A stretch of DNA of 59,900 nt, filler included, from Basidiobolus ranarum (Eukaryota), in NCBI GenBank assembly GCA_040143965.1. It is 10 parts of 10 records of this genome, joined end to end, with 100 filler letters (N's around TTAATTAATTAA, not from the genome) between each part and the next. Parts side by side here need not be neighbours in the genome. Positions count along the whole stretch, not along the records: positions 1 to 5,915 come from JASJQH010001465.1; positions 6,016 to 11,924 come from JASJQH010001466.1; positions 12,025 to 17,932 come from JASJQH010001467.1; 7 more parts are not named here. One strand, 5' to 3'. Below are positions 1 to 12,757 of this stretch, one piece after another (position 1 is the stretch's first letter; every line of letters begins with the position of its first letter). A model generated the notes under the pieces. It did no database searches, was not told the origin of the DNA, and saw only the letters and a list, made by a program, of their open reading frames with translations. The translations under genes and the position numbers were made by a program.

Positions 1-2466
1 GTTCTAGATAACGGTACTTTTTCTCGGTTTATCCACATCAGAAAGTTCTATTCTAACGTTTTTGAACGAAGGTGTCTTATCATACTATAAAAATCAAGCA
101 GATACAGACAATGCTTGTAGAGGGGCGATTAACATGCGTGCAGCCAGACTTTCAATAGATCCAAAAGACAAAACACGATTTGAAGTATTCGGCCCAGGAT
201 CTGTTAAGTATCATCTTCGTGCAGATCATCCCATGGAGGTAAAACGTTGGGTCCTGGCACTTACTCAGTCCAAACAATGGTTGGAAGAGATGGAAAAGAG
301 TACCGGATTACATGTCAAAGAGCCCTCTGTTCGTCGTCAAAGTATCGACAGTTCCATTATTGTCGAAAATATGTCCGATGAGCTTGGTACTAGTAGACGC
401 GGTAGCAGACAGGATAAGGCACTCTTCTATGGCTCTCGTCGTGACTCTATTCAATCTCAATCATCCGATGAAGAGACGAATGTGCCTTACCAAGACACAT
501 ATCAAACCACTCTTAATTCTACTTTATCCCAAATTGCAGTACATAAGGAGCTCCTTGATGGGATTTTTTCACCAACCTATGAAAACAAAGAGGTTGCCCG
601 TGCTATGCATACGTCCATGTCTTCACTTCAACAATTGATGTCCACCAGTCTGAAAATGGCCCAAGAACGTGAAGAATTCTGGCAGCGAAAATATATACAA
701 GAAGTTGATCGACAGAATTTCTGGGCAGAGAACTTCAAAACACTTGCCGAGGAAAACCATCAATTGGAGGAAATCTTCCAAGGTGGCAAACCTCCAATTG
801 CTGATGAGCAAAGTGTAGGCATAGCCGGAAGCGTCATTCCCAAACTTGAAATACAACCTGCAATTGAGGAGGAAGATGACGATGACGAGTTTTACGATGC
901 TGTTGATGAGAACATGTCTACACTAGAGCTCACTCGCAGAGGTACCTCTCATGAGGAATCGGATGGAACTGAGCAATCGGATAAAGGTATCGCATCTTCC
1001 TACAAAGGGTACCCCCCAGAGCTTAGAACTACACTACCCTTAGACTCTAATGCTGCTCGTCCTGAAATCTCTCTTTGGAGCATTCTCAAACAATCCATCG
1101 GAAAGGATCTAACCAAGATTGCCTTGCCAGTCTATTTCAATGAGCCTACCTCTATGCTTCAACGCATGTGTGAGGATATGGAATACAGCGATCTCATTGA
1201 TATCGGTGCCAGCCAACCCGATAGTATGGAGAGAATTCTATGGGTAGCGGCTTTCGCTATGAGTAACTACTCTAGTACTGAAGGAAGAATCGGAAAGCCA
1301 TTCAATCCTCTTCTGGTTAGTGATTTATTATGATCCAATTGTAGTCCAGTACATCATCTCAAACATAAGTTCATAGGGAGAGACCTTCGAATACGTCAGA
1401 CCAGACAAGAGCTACAGATACATCTCGGAGCAAGTATCACATCATCCAGTGCGTATTCATTTTATTTCTAGTTTCATACGAACCCTAACCCTAACCTATT
1501 GAAATTGAATAGCCTATCAGTGCCTGTTACTGCGAATCTCCTAACTACAACTTCTATGCAGAGGTTGACGTCAAGACCCGCTTTTGGGGTAAATCCTTCG
1601 AGTTGTATCCCGCAGGTGTAACTCATCTCCAACTGAAAGTACCTAATTCATATCTACGTGAGGGAGAAAAGGCGGAACCTAATCCAAATGATCCCAACAC
1701 GTTCCTTGAGCATTATTCCTGGAAAAAGGTCAACACGCGTGTGAATAATTTGATCATCGGATCGATTTACTTGGATCACTATGGTGATATGGTCATTACT
1801 AACCATCGTACCGGAGAAACCTGTACATTGACCTTCAAGCAGCGTGGATGGATTAGCAGTGATGTCAATGTCATTGAAGGTCTTGTTAAAGACAAAAACG
1901 GCAACAGCGTTTGGGAAATTTACGGTAAATGGAGTGAACGATTAGTTGCTCGTAAATACACTGGAAGTAAAAACTCAAAGCCACTGAAGGAGGCCGAGGT
2001 AGGCAATGAGCCAGCTAGTAGTACAAATGCAACTCAAAGTGCTGGCTCCCATGATAAGCCGATACTCTTGTGGAAACGGGAGAAACCTAAGGGACCCACT
2101 CCTTTCAATTTCACCCAATTCGCTATGACATTAAACGATACACCAGACTCCCTCATTCCATACCTTCCACCTACTGATTCGCGTCTTAGACCTGATCAAA
2201 AAGCTATGGAGCATGGCCAATTCGATTTAGCCAACGAGGAGAAGTTCCGTCTGGAAGAAAAGCAGAGAGCCAAACGTAAGGCCCGCGAGGCTGATCCTAA
2301 CTACAAATGGCATGCTAGATGGTTCAAACGCGAAGTTGACCCAGACACTAACGAGACTGTATGGCGCTTTAATCATGAATACTGGGAGGAGCGTAATCGT
2401 TGTGGAACCGAAAAAATCGAGGGCAAGGGAACTGGGCAATGGTCTAACATTGATGATATTTACTAA
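1..2466 (+). CDS. Oxysterol-binding protein (Osh1/Osh2-like; PH domain + ORD), 5'-partial, spliced
   Basis: Exons <1-13, 72-1315, 1377-1448, 1513-2466 with GT..AG introns. Splicing gives PH-type VLDNGVLSYYK and the ORD signatures DLTKIALPVYFNEPTSMLQR, KPFNPLL|GETFEY, EQVSHHP|PISA, PPTDSRLRPD and EKFRLEEKQR. Confidence 0.93.
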
Positions 2467-2787
2467 GCACACATTTTGATATCACCAGATCAATCAAGAT
2501 TTTCATGAAGTTGTTTTATTTATTTCCAACTCTATTCTGGTGTAGAATAATAAATACATATATTTACCTATTAAGTTATGTGTATTGGCTACATCGTTGA
2601 AACAGCTATCTGCGAAACTAACAGCTAAGTGGTAGTGATGAATTAGTTTTTATGTGCTTATATATTCCAAACATTTTCTTTTCTCACTTAAAACCATTTA
2701 GGATATGTCTAATGGTCAATGACCAGGGTTAACAACCAGTTCTCTTTGATCAAGCCGAAATTAAACTTGAGAGAACTAAATCCTCTA

Positions 2788-3562
2788 TTGTATATGTTGT
2801 TGAAATTAGCATTGCCTAAACATCTATATAGTCATATATAGCTTAGTATTGAACTAAGATATCACCCATTATTTGATATTGGAATTTACTTGGAATATTC
2901 TTACCAACTTAGAAGTTCTCAGACATACAGATTTTTCAAACTAATGCTGGAAGCCCCAAACTTTGCACACATGTTTCTGGGACTTTTCGTGACACATTCT
3001 GCATGCTATTCTGCTTACATCTTGGCAAAAGTCCAATTGTCAACTTTCTTCTCAATTAATCAACAAGTGAAAACCACCAATTTCTCTATTTCTCCAAACC
3101 ACTTCTAACAGGCTGTAAAAATACTTTAACAATCTATGGGCTAGCAAGGGAAAGTGGTCTCTGTGGAGTTTTGAGTCCATAGCCAGCAATAATATTAGTG
3201 TTACATTTGTTAGCCAACTTTGCCAAGTATTAGTGATTCTTAGTCATTTAAGTATGTGATAAAAATGTTGAGGTTTTTTGAGAGTTTGTTGGAAGAGGTT
3301 GAGAGACCTAGAAGAATTGGTGGTTTTCACCTATTGATTAGTTCAGTGGAAAGTTGACATTGATAATTTTGTCAAGAGGTAAACAAATAAACCTGTAGAA
3401 TGTGTCATGGAAGGTCCCAGGAAAGTTAGGGGCTTCTAGGACAAGCCTTCAAAAGTTCAAAGTAAATTTCTCTTTAGAATAGTGAGTGATATCTCAGTGA
3501 AATATGAAATAACTAAATACTGAGCTATTTATGACTATATAGATGTTTAGGCTATGCTAATT
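2788..3562. mobile_element. Foldback/MITE-like non-autonomous element with ~300-bp imperfect inverted arms
   Basis: The left arm (~2803-3135, aaattagcattgcctaaacatctatatagtcat...gtgaaaaccaccaattt) aligns to the reverse complement of ~3262-3562. No coding capacity. Related copies occur on three other contigs. Exact termini are uncertain. Confidence 0.75.
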
Positions 3563-5915
3563 TGTTGCATGAATGAAGAATGAACTGTGGACACATCTGG
3601 TCATATGTCTATGACCTAATTCTTAATCTGTCACTATGCACATTTTGGAGAATACAGTATCATTCCAATATTGGTCAAGACACTGTATCAATCTGTATCA
3701 ATCAGAGCACATTTCTTGGCTTCTACAGGATGATATTGTAGTGCCAATTGTTCACTGGTATTGTCCACGTAGTTAAGTAGTTTTATGGTTGAATTCTTAA
3801 TTTGATTTCTTGTAGTCAGATGTGGGTTTATTCTGGGAGTATTGCGGGACAATGATAATTGAAACACAAAAAGAATGTAATTATTGAACCACATATCTAA
3901 TAGTTACATACAATTAGCATGTCTGAGATATATCTGAGGAATATTATGAACATCACAAACATATGCAAAATACATTTAACCCTCCGAGAATTCTAAGAAT
4001 AAATACGGATATTTCTTTTCTTCACGTGACCAAAATAGTCAGTGCAGCACACATCATCGAATTACTTAGTTGACCTAAACACTATCTCAAATACACATTG
4101 AAAGCCTCTTTGTTCACTAATTGGTAGCTTGTATGTTGCAAGAATATTGCATTGGTCAATCACACAGCACTAAGAATGGAATTCATGGGCAATTGTTACT
4201 GCAGTTGCTTTAGGAACCATTCCAAGTCCAGAGTTTTCCCAATAAATATCCAAAATGTACACGAGATTTGATTATATAGATTAGAAGTGAGAGTCTGACG
4301 CAAAGATTCAACGTTTCTGGTCAAGTAAAAGAAAGATCTCAGATAATTCCGTCCTCCAGAGTGGTACATCAGGGTCCGTACTTTTATTAGCGAATAGGTG
4401 AAATTGAGAAAGTACAGTTTAGGTATATTACAATCCTTGCTAATTCTCGTTAGAGATCCACCGCCTTCACAACGAACGCCATTGAAGAGAGTTGTGTCAT
4501 CAAGTGGTACCAAGTAGTTCCATCCCATCTGGATTATCCTGTGTGCTATGCCCCATGCCCCATGTCCCATGCCTCGAGAATACATATGGATGGTGGAGGA
4601 GATTACGATATTATGAGGTTATTTGCATTATTTTATTTACATTGTACTAAGGACATGTTTTGATGCAGGCTTCCCAATTCGGATTTACCAAGGTTGATTT
4701 CAAATCCACCATTTCATTTCCTAATAAGGAGTGTTGGATTTAAGCAGCATCATCAACTACTCCTCCACTCAAAGCTAGTTTATCCCGGATACATCTCATC
4801 TAGTATTTCACCATCATCGTCAGATTCTCGGCAGTTGGGGAATCTGTAATCATTGTACAGGTATCGGAGATAAAATGAATTAATATCCATCCAAGAAATG
4901 ACGGAATAATCGATCTTGATAGCTCTATCCAGTTTGACACAAGTTTTCAATGTTGACCGAATTACCCGGTAATTTACTTGGTAATATGGGATTTTCAATC
5001 GTATTTCATTGTACCGCACTGTACCCCACTGCACTGCACCGTGTTGCACCCTACTCCACTCACTGCACCGTGCTGTCTAGTGACTAATCATGCTTGACGT
5101 AGATGTATAGCAAACTTCCGGTTGATAACTGGAATATTGAGGAGTGTGATGCGGTGCATAGTTCAATGGTCTTAAGGGCTTTACCGCTTTTGGTGATATA
5201 TGAATGGTCTTACTGGGCTTGGATAATCAATATTTATTTGGAAATGTCGTCATAATAAAATAGATTGTTCAGGATGGGTAGGGACCATGGATCGACTTAC
5301 TCTACGTCAAATCATGGCAACTTTAATAGCATTGCATTGACCTATCCATATCAGTATTCATTCTAGATACTATTATCTACGTCAACCACACCTGATGATG
5401 AGAATGTGAATGATCATTCCCGAGTTGGATAAAGTCAGCTCAAGGTCAGGTGATACTCTCTTCTCTGACAGGTCCTATCACATTCCGACCAAGTAAAGAG
5501 ATGTCCGCGCTAGGTATAATCACACAGATTGATGGAGTTTGGTAACAAACGACTCTCTAATTGCCAATGAAATGATCCAAAAACTATACTACACTTGCGA
5601 TGCTATCAAATACCATAAATCTAGTGAAGTTATTGCATCATTAACAAGGTTGTTATTACCTTGATGATTTCGAAACCAAAACCGAAACTGAAACCTACGG
5701 GAGTGAACTCTAACATAAGAATTAATACCCTTACTATGGCTGGTCCACGTGCCCTCTAAGTAGTCCAGTTACGTATATCGCTTGCTGGCATATTACATCA
5801 TTCAGATGGTAGATATTTATAGAATATTTATTGGACCAAGTCATGACCTATTATTATACGTTGGAAAAGCATGAAGAGGAGCTGTCAAAAGAATGAACTA
5901 TTTACAGACAAAAAG

Positions 5916-6015
5916 NNNNNNNNNNNNNNNNNNNNNNNNNNNNNNNNNNNNNNNNNNNNTTAATTAATTAANNNNNNNNNNNNNNNNNNNNNNNNNNNNN
6001 NNNNNNNNNNNNNNN
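5916..6015. other. Artificial contig linker (N-run, TTAATTAATTAA, N-run). Also at 11925-12024, 17933-18032, 23934-24033, 29934-30033, 35932-36031, 41930-42029, 47924-48023, 53916-54015
   Basis: Identical 100-nt spacer with stop codons in all six frames. Flanking segment lengths fall from 5915 to 5885, consistent with length-sorted contigs. Confidence 0.98.
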
Positions 6016-6020
6016 CTTAC

Positions 6021-6179
6021 ACCGGAGAGAGCGTTTCCGCAGTCACCACAACGGGGGGCGCTACCAGGCTTCTTCTCGTGCAAATATGTAAGCTTGCCAC
6101 CAGGGGTCTTGACAATACGAACACGGTTCGATTTGGTGTTGTATGAGAGACGACGACGATAGGTGACACGTTGAGCCAT
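6021..6179 (-). CDS. RPL34: 60S ribosomal protein L34 (eL34), first exon, 3'-partial
   Basis: MAQRVTYRRRLSYNTKSNRVRIVKTPGGKL..PRCGDCG..LSG, followed by a GTAAG donor at the contig end. Confidence 0.96.
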
Positions 6180-7336
6180 TGTGACAGTTACTATTGAATA
6201 AATATGATGGATGGGTGATTAATACTATTACGATACTTGTCTCTAGTGATTGAAGATGGATGAAATACACACCTCGTTGAGTTTTACGACTGGATGGGGG
6301 CAAAAGGAAGAGCTCCCTGACATATTATTTACCTTTTTGTATGCCCTCTTTGTTTCTCCCAATATGATAATTTTGTATATTTTGATTGGTGGGTGCCGGG
6401 ATCTTCTGGTTTGCTTAGGTCAAATTTTTATTTTTAATCAGTTTTGCCATTATTTTGATCGACAATTCCTTTCTTAACACCAGCGCGTTGCGTTTATATT
6501 CCGAGTTCTCCAATTCCGAATCTCATCAACAAGAATACTCTCAGCACATAGTCAGCTCTGTCAGCGAAGGATTCCGGCAATATACGCTTTAGCTTAGTCA
6601 GCGAGGGCTTCTATCAATATATTTAAGGAACCAGCTTTGTCAGCTATTTGAATATAGTTATGGGCACCAACACATATTGCCCCAATTAGAGGTGCTGAGA
6701 AATCGTTAAAGTAGAAAGACGGTGGACATGCATATATACACTGAGTCCGCTATGACTATATATGACATTGGAACCAATTTTCTTCCCGGAATGGCATCCA
6801 ATCAATTAGGAGCGTTGATGTAAAGTTTATGAATTGCTTTAGAACACTCTTCTGTTAATAGAAGTGGTATAATCACCTGGGGTTAAGGGGGGAGTGATAT
6901 ACCGACCAGAGTAATTTCTACCAAGCCTGCACATCCTCCACTACCGTTTATATCTTACTATCCTTGCTTTGGTAGGAGCTGTTCTTATACATGGATATTT
7001 GTGGCTATAGCTGCGCTTGCTTAGGTCCTTTACTGATCGAGTTGGACGTGCTACAAGTTCGATTGTTGAATTGCTTCTCCATCGGACAATCATTTCTTAC
7101 CATAAATTAAATGAAGTCTCTTGACCAGTAGGAGTATTTCTACTATACTGGGAATCAGGGGATTTTCTAAATACAGTCCTCGTAGTTTCACAGCATTCCA
7201 CTTGGTGATACTGATTAACACTATGGCTTTGACCTGAGGAAAAAATATTAATCTCGACAATTTTACACGGTATTTCTACTCTCTTATAAGATGATCGGAG
7301 AGTTTCTGTATATTCAACTTACACAACATCCTAATA

Positions 7337-8257
7337 ATGGTAATAATTAGCAACGAAGAGAGTACAGAGGCGAACATGATTTGGTACTTGGGTAAGCAGT
7401 TTTTTCTTTCCTTCGACGGCGGCATTAGTTCCCTGATTCACCTATTTTCAATTACTGACATCGAATTTTACAAATGATTCATTTGCCTAAATTTAATTTA
7501 TTCTCTAGCATATGGTGCCAACATGAGTAAAGATGTTTTAACAGGCCGTCGTCTGGTTAAGCCTGTCAGATCAGTCCCGGTGTTTGTACCTGGTTACTAC
7601 TTATCATTTGATCACCCTGGTATGCCGTACACTGAACCTGGTTTCGCTTCAATTCGTACATTGCCAAAGGGTTCTGAGGCCACTTCAGAGGAGAGCTTTT
7701 TCCCAGCGACTCGTAGTAAATACAACGGCGCTCCTGTAGTCCATGGTGTGGCTCATTGGATTACAAATGAAGATTTTCTTAAAGTTCAATTATCTGAAGG
7801 CGGTGGTGGAAGCACTGAATTCGGATACCAAGTTGTAATGGTCAAATGCGAATCGTATACTGGAGAGAAAATCGTAGCTCATACATTAATGACACACGAC
7901 CATTGTGCTCGTCCAAGCTTGCCCTCAAATAGATACTTGAATATTTTGAGGGTTGGATCAAAAGAGCATGAAGTTAATCCCGAGTATCAAAAGTACTTGA
8001 ACGACGTATTGCCATTCGAAGCACATTCTTGGACTCAGAAAATTGGAAGATACATATTTTTCTTAATTCTTATTCCAATTTTTGGACCTGTGCTACTTTC
8101 AAAAGCATTCAGGAAGAAGGAGCAGATGCCATTAATGTTTCATTGGTGGTTACATTTCTTAAGTCACTTCATTTGGACCCTGCACGATCTAATTTATGAG
8201 CCGTTGCTGGGAAATGGTGGTTCGTGGCAGATAACGACTAAACCTAAAAGCATATGA
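7337..8257 (+). CDS. Gamma-glutamylcyclotransferase-family protein (GliK-like) with C-terminal hydrophobic segments
   Basis: Exons 7337-7391 and 7509-8257. Splicing restores the GGCT motif WYLAYGANM. Also PYTEPGFASI, VHGVAHWIT, SEGGG and PSNRYL. Confidence 0.85.
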
Positions 8258-9145
8258 GGATCTTTTGGTCAGACGGTTCATTCCATTTAAAATGAACGAG
8301 TATACCAACATGCTACATTGTACTTTACTGTGGTTATAGAGCTTGTAATATGTATGTTTATGTTCATGTCCAACGTAGCCATCTTGATATAACCTAAACC
8401 TTGACATCGTAAACACCCATTCATCTATAAAATATTTACCAATCCTAATTCCTGTACATATCTACTAATCTTGTGGATGGTAGTCTAGCCACGCTCCTCA
8501 ACTAACTAGAATGGATGATTATCCAGACATCGTTGCAGCTTTGAAGGTATACAAGCAATAGCTTATTTGTCATTGTAGACAAGGATTCGTAATGTCAAAG
8601 ATAGTACAGTTGTCAGCTAGAGAGTATATGAGACCATGGCGGTGATCATTCATGCACTTGCAACTCTTGATAGTTCACTTACGGTACGGTTTGGCCGCCG
8701 ATCATTGAACACCTTTGGCGGATTTGGTTGCACTATATTTTCTATACCATGTTTGCCATATCTTTTGTTAGCTGTAACTATTTTCTTCAAGTTAAATTTC
8801 ACCGCTTTTTTGTACGGGCTTACAGGTATCCTTGGAGATTGGACTGGCTGATATTCTAGGTTGATATTGTTTATAATAGCTTGATGAGTAATATTTCACC
8901 CTAACTGGTATAAGAGAAAGATAGTTCCTTTTTGGTATTTTAGATAAATCAACTCAACTCACGATTATAAATCAATGTCACAAAAATCACCGAGTTTAAA
9001 AATTAAGTGAAACAATCTTAGAGGCGATGATATAAAGTAAATAAACAAACATCTTAGTTTTTTCAACTCTGGTCAACTTTTCTCCAATTGTTACGGAGTT
9101 AAACTAACGGACTTGTTGGTTCTTAAATTTGCATTATTCAAAGAA

Positions 9146-11506
9146 ATGTCAAACACTGGTATTTTATTTACAACTACGAACATCTTTTTATTGGTTTGTC
9201 CTACTAACCTTTCTACAAGTTGAGTGTCCAATTTGCCAACGCCAAACCAAAGCATCAATAATCAATGAACATATTGATAGTGGCTGTAAAGATCCTGTTC
9301 TTAAGTCTGAAAATGAAGTGACCAAAGGCCCTAGTAGCCCTAACATAGTTCCCGTCGAGGCAGAGGTGAAAATATCCACTGAAGTGGTAAAGAGCCTGTT
9401 GTTTTTAAACTTGCCATTCATCTTACAAAAGATAAATACTTACTTTTACATCCCTTGTTAACTTATCCATCAGAGTTCACCAGCTAAAAGAACTGCAGAC
9501 ATATTTAACTCACGAAAACGTAAAGCCTCTACACCTGTTACGCCTAGCAAAATTGATGTTGTTTCAACAACCTTCAAATTAGCCGAAGATCCCATTGATT
9601 CTCCAACACCCTTGACAGACATAAAAAAAAGTAAAAATCAACCCTCTCGAAGTGAGCTCAAATTGAGAAATATGCCGCTTGCTGAAAAAACACGTCCATC
9701 AAGTTTACAAGAATTCGTAGGGCAAGTGGACACTTTGAAAGTGATACAACCTTTGTTGAAACACGACTTAATCCCGTAAGTCTACATCTTTCTAATGAGT
9801 AGGTATATATACACGCTAAACAAGTACTTGAACTTCAAAATTATAAAAGATCGATGATCTTTTGGGGTCCACCGGGAACAGGAAAAACTTCTTTAGCTAG
9901 AGTAAGTATATCAACTTCCCATTAACACTATATATATTATACTACCTTCTAACACTTCATTTCTCCCGTACTTAAAGATAATTGCCAAGCGTTCAAACTT
10001 TAAGTTCCGAGAGATGAGTGGTTGTAGTCATGGTGTAGATGATCTCAAGTAATCTAGTTTTGTCTTTTGAAATTTACACGTAAAATAATAACGATTATAC
10101 TCGTGTAGAAAATGTTTCGAGGAAGCTAAGAACACATTATCACTGCTCAAACAGCGTACCCTGGTTTTTTTGGACGAGATGTAAGTAAATACAAGTTTGT
10201 AATGGATACATTGATCACCAGTTATCTAAACTGCTCCAAGTCATCGATTAAACAGAGCACAACAGGATATATTTCTACCTTATGTGGAGAGAGGCCTTAT
10301 TACATTAATCGGTGCTACTACGGAAAACCCATCGTTCAAAGTCAACGCAGCGCTATTGAGTCGATGCCGAGTGTTCACATTTCAGAAACTTGAGGCAAAA
10401 GAGATTTTGAAATTACTTGAACATGCAGTCGAATTGAAAAGAGATAACATGAAAGAAAGTGGAGATCATATGTGGGATTTTCGATTAGACCGTAAGGCAT
10501 TGGAGTATCTAGCGGGAACTTGTGATGGTGATGGTAATACAGCTGTGTATATTGGAGGTCGTGGTGATTAATTTTCGAAATATCTAATTGCAAATATTTC
10601 CGTATTCTTTTGACATAGCGAGGATTGCCATTAATGTACTTGACAGTGCACTAGACACTCTCATCAATCAAGGTATAAGTCAGTTAGGTCCTGATGAGAT
10701 ACGCCAGATAGTCAAGAAGTCCCACCTTTTGTATGATCGAAAAGGAGAACAACACTATAATACAATTTCGGCGTTTATCAAGAGTATGCGTGGAAGGTAT
10801 GTAACAAATCACCTGATACTTGGCTCTCATACTAACCATAACTTTCTCAGTAACGACAATGCTTCGTTATATTGGCTTGGCCGAATGTTAGTCGCCGGTG
10901 AGGACCCGCTATTTGTCGCTCGAAGATTAGTTATCTTTGCCTCTGAAGACGTTGGTATTGCTGATAGTCAGGCACTTGTAGTGGTAAAACGATCATTGAA
11001 TTTGTAATATTAAGAATGATAGAACCTCATAGAGACCCATTATTAGGCTACCTCCACCTACCAAGCTTGCCAAGTGATTGGTATGCCTGAGTGCGAGATT
11101 AACCTTGCTCATTGTGTTACCTATATGGCTCGAGCACCCAAAAGTATTGAAAGTCACCGTGCCTATGATCGTGTTAAGGAGGTAATTAATACAGAATATG
11201 CTTGGCCAGTTCCCATTCATTTAAGAAACGCACCAACAAAATTGATGAAGGTATCTAGGCTATGTCCTTTGAAGCCGTTATTGCTGATTCTTTATTTAAT
11301 ACTAATCGTTCATGTATCCGTTTTCCAATAGGAACTTGGTTACGGGAAAGAGTACTTATATCCTCCAGGTAAAACTCTCACCTACCAATTACTATTACAC
11401 AAGTAGCCGTAACTAACTTTCTACCTTAGATCATAATGGAGCTTGTGATCAAGAATATTTACCATCAGAGTTATCAGTACGCGAGTTTTACGATAGAAAG
11501 TACTAG
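9146..11506 (+). CDS. MGS1: Mgs1/WRNIP1 AAA+ ATPase (UBZ4 zinc finger, RarA/MgsA-type), multi-exon
   Basis: VECPIC..INEHIDSGC (UBZ), PLAEKTRP, Walker A WGPPGTGKTSLA, Walker B FLDEI|HR, LIGATTENPSF, GEDPLFVARRLVIFASEDVG, IGMPEC, PVPIHLRNAPTKLMK. About 11 short GT-AG introns; stop at 11504-11506. Confidence 0.94.
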
Positions 11507-12024
11507 AGATGTTACACCAGCATTGAGCGCTTGATACGCTCCAGTAATTGAAGAAGGAATACCAAAAATTTGTTTTCACACTTTGCTACCTACGTTGATT
11601 AATAATTATGCACCATTTAGTAATGGTCTAGATTCCGGCTTAGTGATGTGGTGATGTCCTTTTTGTATTGCTTTTCCTCATGTCAGATTGACCATACACT
11701 TGATTTATTATGTACAAAAGAAATGAAACGCTTATTTTAAACACTACACTTGAGTACAATTCTTACCCTGAACATTCTCAACATTGACTTCATGGTCTTC
11801 GCCTAACATATCTTTCAGGCTATAGATTGGCACTGCAGTAAAATTCCACTCATTTTGTTATGATCTGTTCAATATAATTATTTATAAAAAGGCCATGCCA
11901 ATATACTTGCGAACAGTTTCTTCTNNNNNNNNNNNNNNNNNNNNNNNNNNNNNNNNNNNNNNNNNNNNTTAATTAATTAANNNNNNNNNNNNNNNNNNNN
12001 NNNNNNNNNNNNNNNNNNNNNNNN

Positions 12025-12757
12025 ATCAGCAGCAACAGCAACAGCACCAACACCAACAGCAGCAAGTGCGGGGAATTCCGGAAGCTATGCAATCGTCAAG
12101 TAGTGAACAATTCCCCACACCACATCTTCTTTTGAGCAGTGGGCTGAATTCTGAAGTACATGGCCAGCTACCATTCTCTCGAGACTCCAAGGAAGGCATT
12201 CTCGGAGGGGGCTATGTAATGGGAGACAATAATGGAGGCATGAATACAGGATACGGAGAAACCAATCCAAGCCATTCGTTTGAGAATAGCGATGAATACT
12301 CACGTGGTGGAAGAGGACAGAGGTTTGCACCCATGGCCACGATTAATCAGGTAAATGCAAGTTAACATTTATTGTGTACCTGTCTTCTTGCTGTATGTGG
12401 ATATGAGACTGATAAGCGAGCAAATAAGTGTGTTGAGGATAGCCAACATCAAGCAAATTGAGAAGCGAGAAGACAGTGAGTGTGAGCGAGACAATAGAGT
12501 ACTAATTGTGATATGGTTTTATTTAGGCGCAGGAGATGAACTATTCAAACTTTGGGCAAGACTCGATGTTTGCGCAACGGGGAGCCGAAGGTGGATTCCA
12601 ACCAGGTATGCCAGGAAACATGAGTGGCACCAGTCCTCCAACCAATGCAGTTGGAGCGATGTCCATGATGAACAATCCAGCTCTAGGCAACACTTTCTCC
12701 AGTCAAGAAGCATTTATGATGGGAACTGGCCAGCCAGGCGAGTACCAACAGCACTAG
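12025..12757 (+). CDS. 3' end of an unknown Gln/Gly/Met-rich low-complexity protein (5'-partial)
   Basis: The frame is open from the contig start (poly-Q/H) to a donor at 12351. The acceptor at 12526 joins in frame to ORF 12536-12757. No recognisable domain. Confidence 0.6.

Noticed and set aside
8640..8900. ~80-codon open minus-strand frame, and a GTATCCTT (U12-type donor-like) at ~8826
   Set aside because: No start or splice model could be built and the motif is not at an exon boundary. None of the intron donors I examined looked U12-type.
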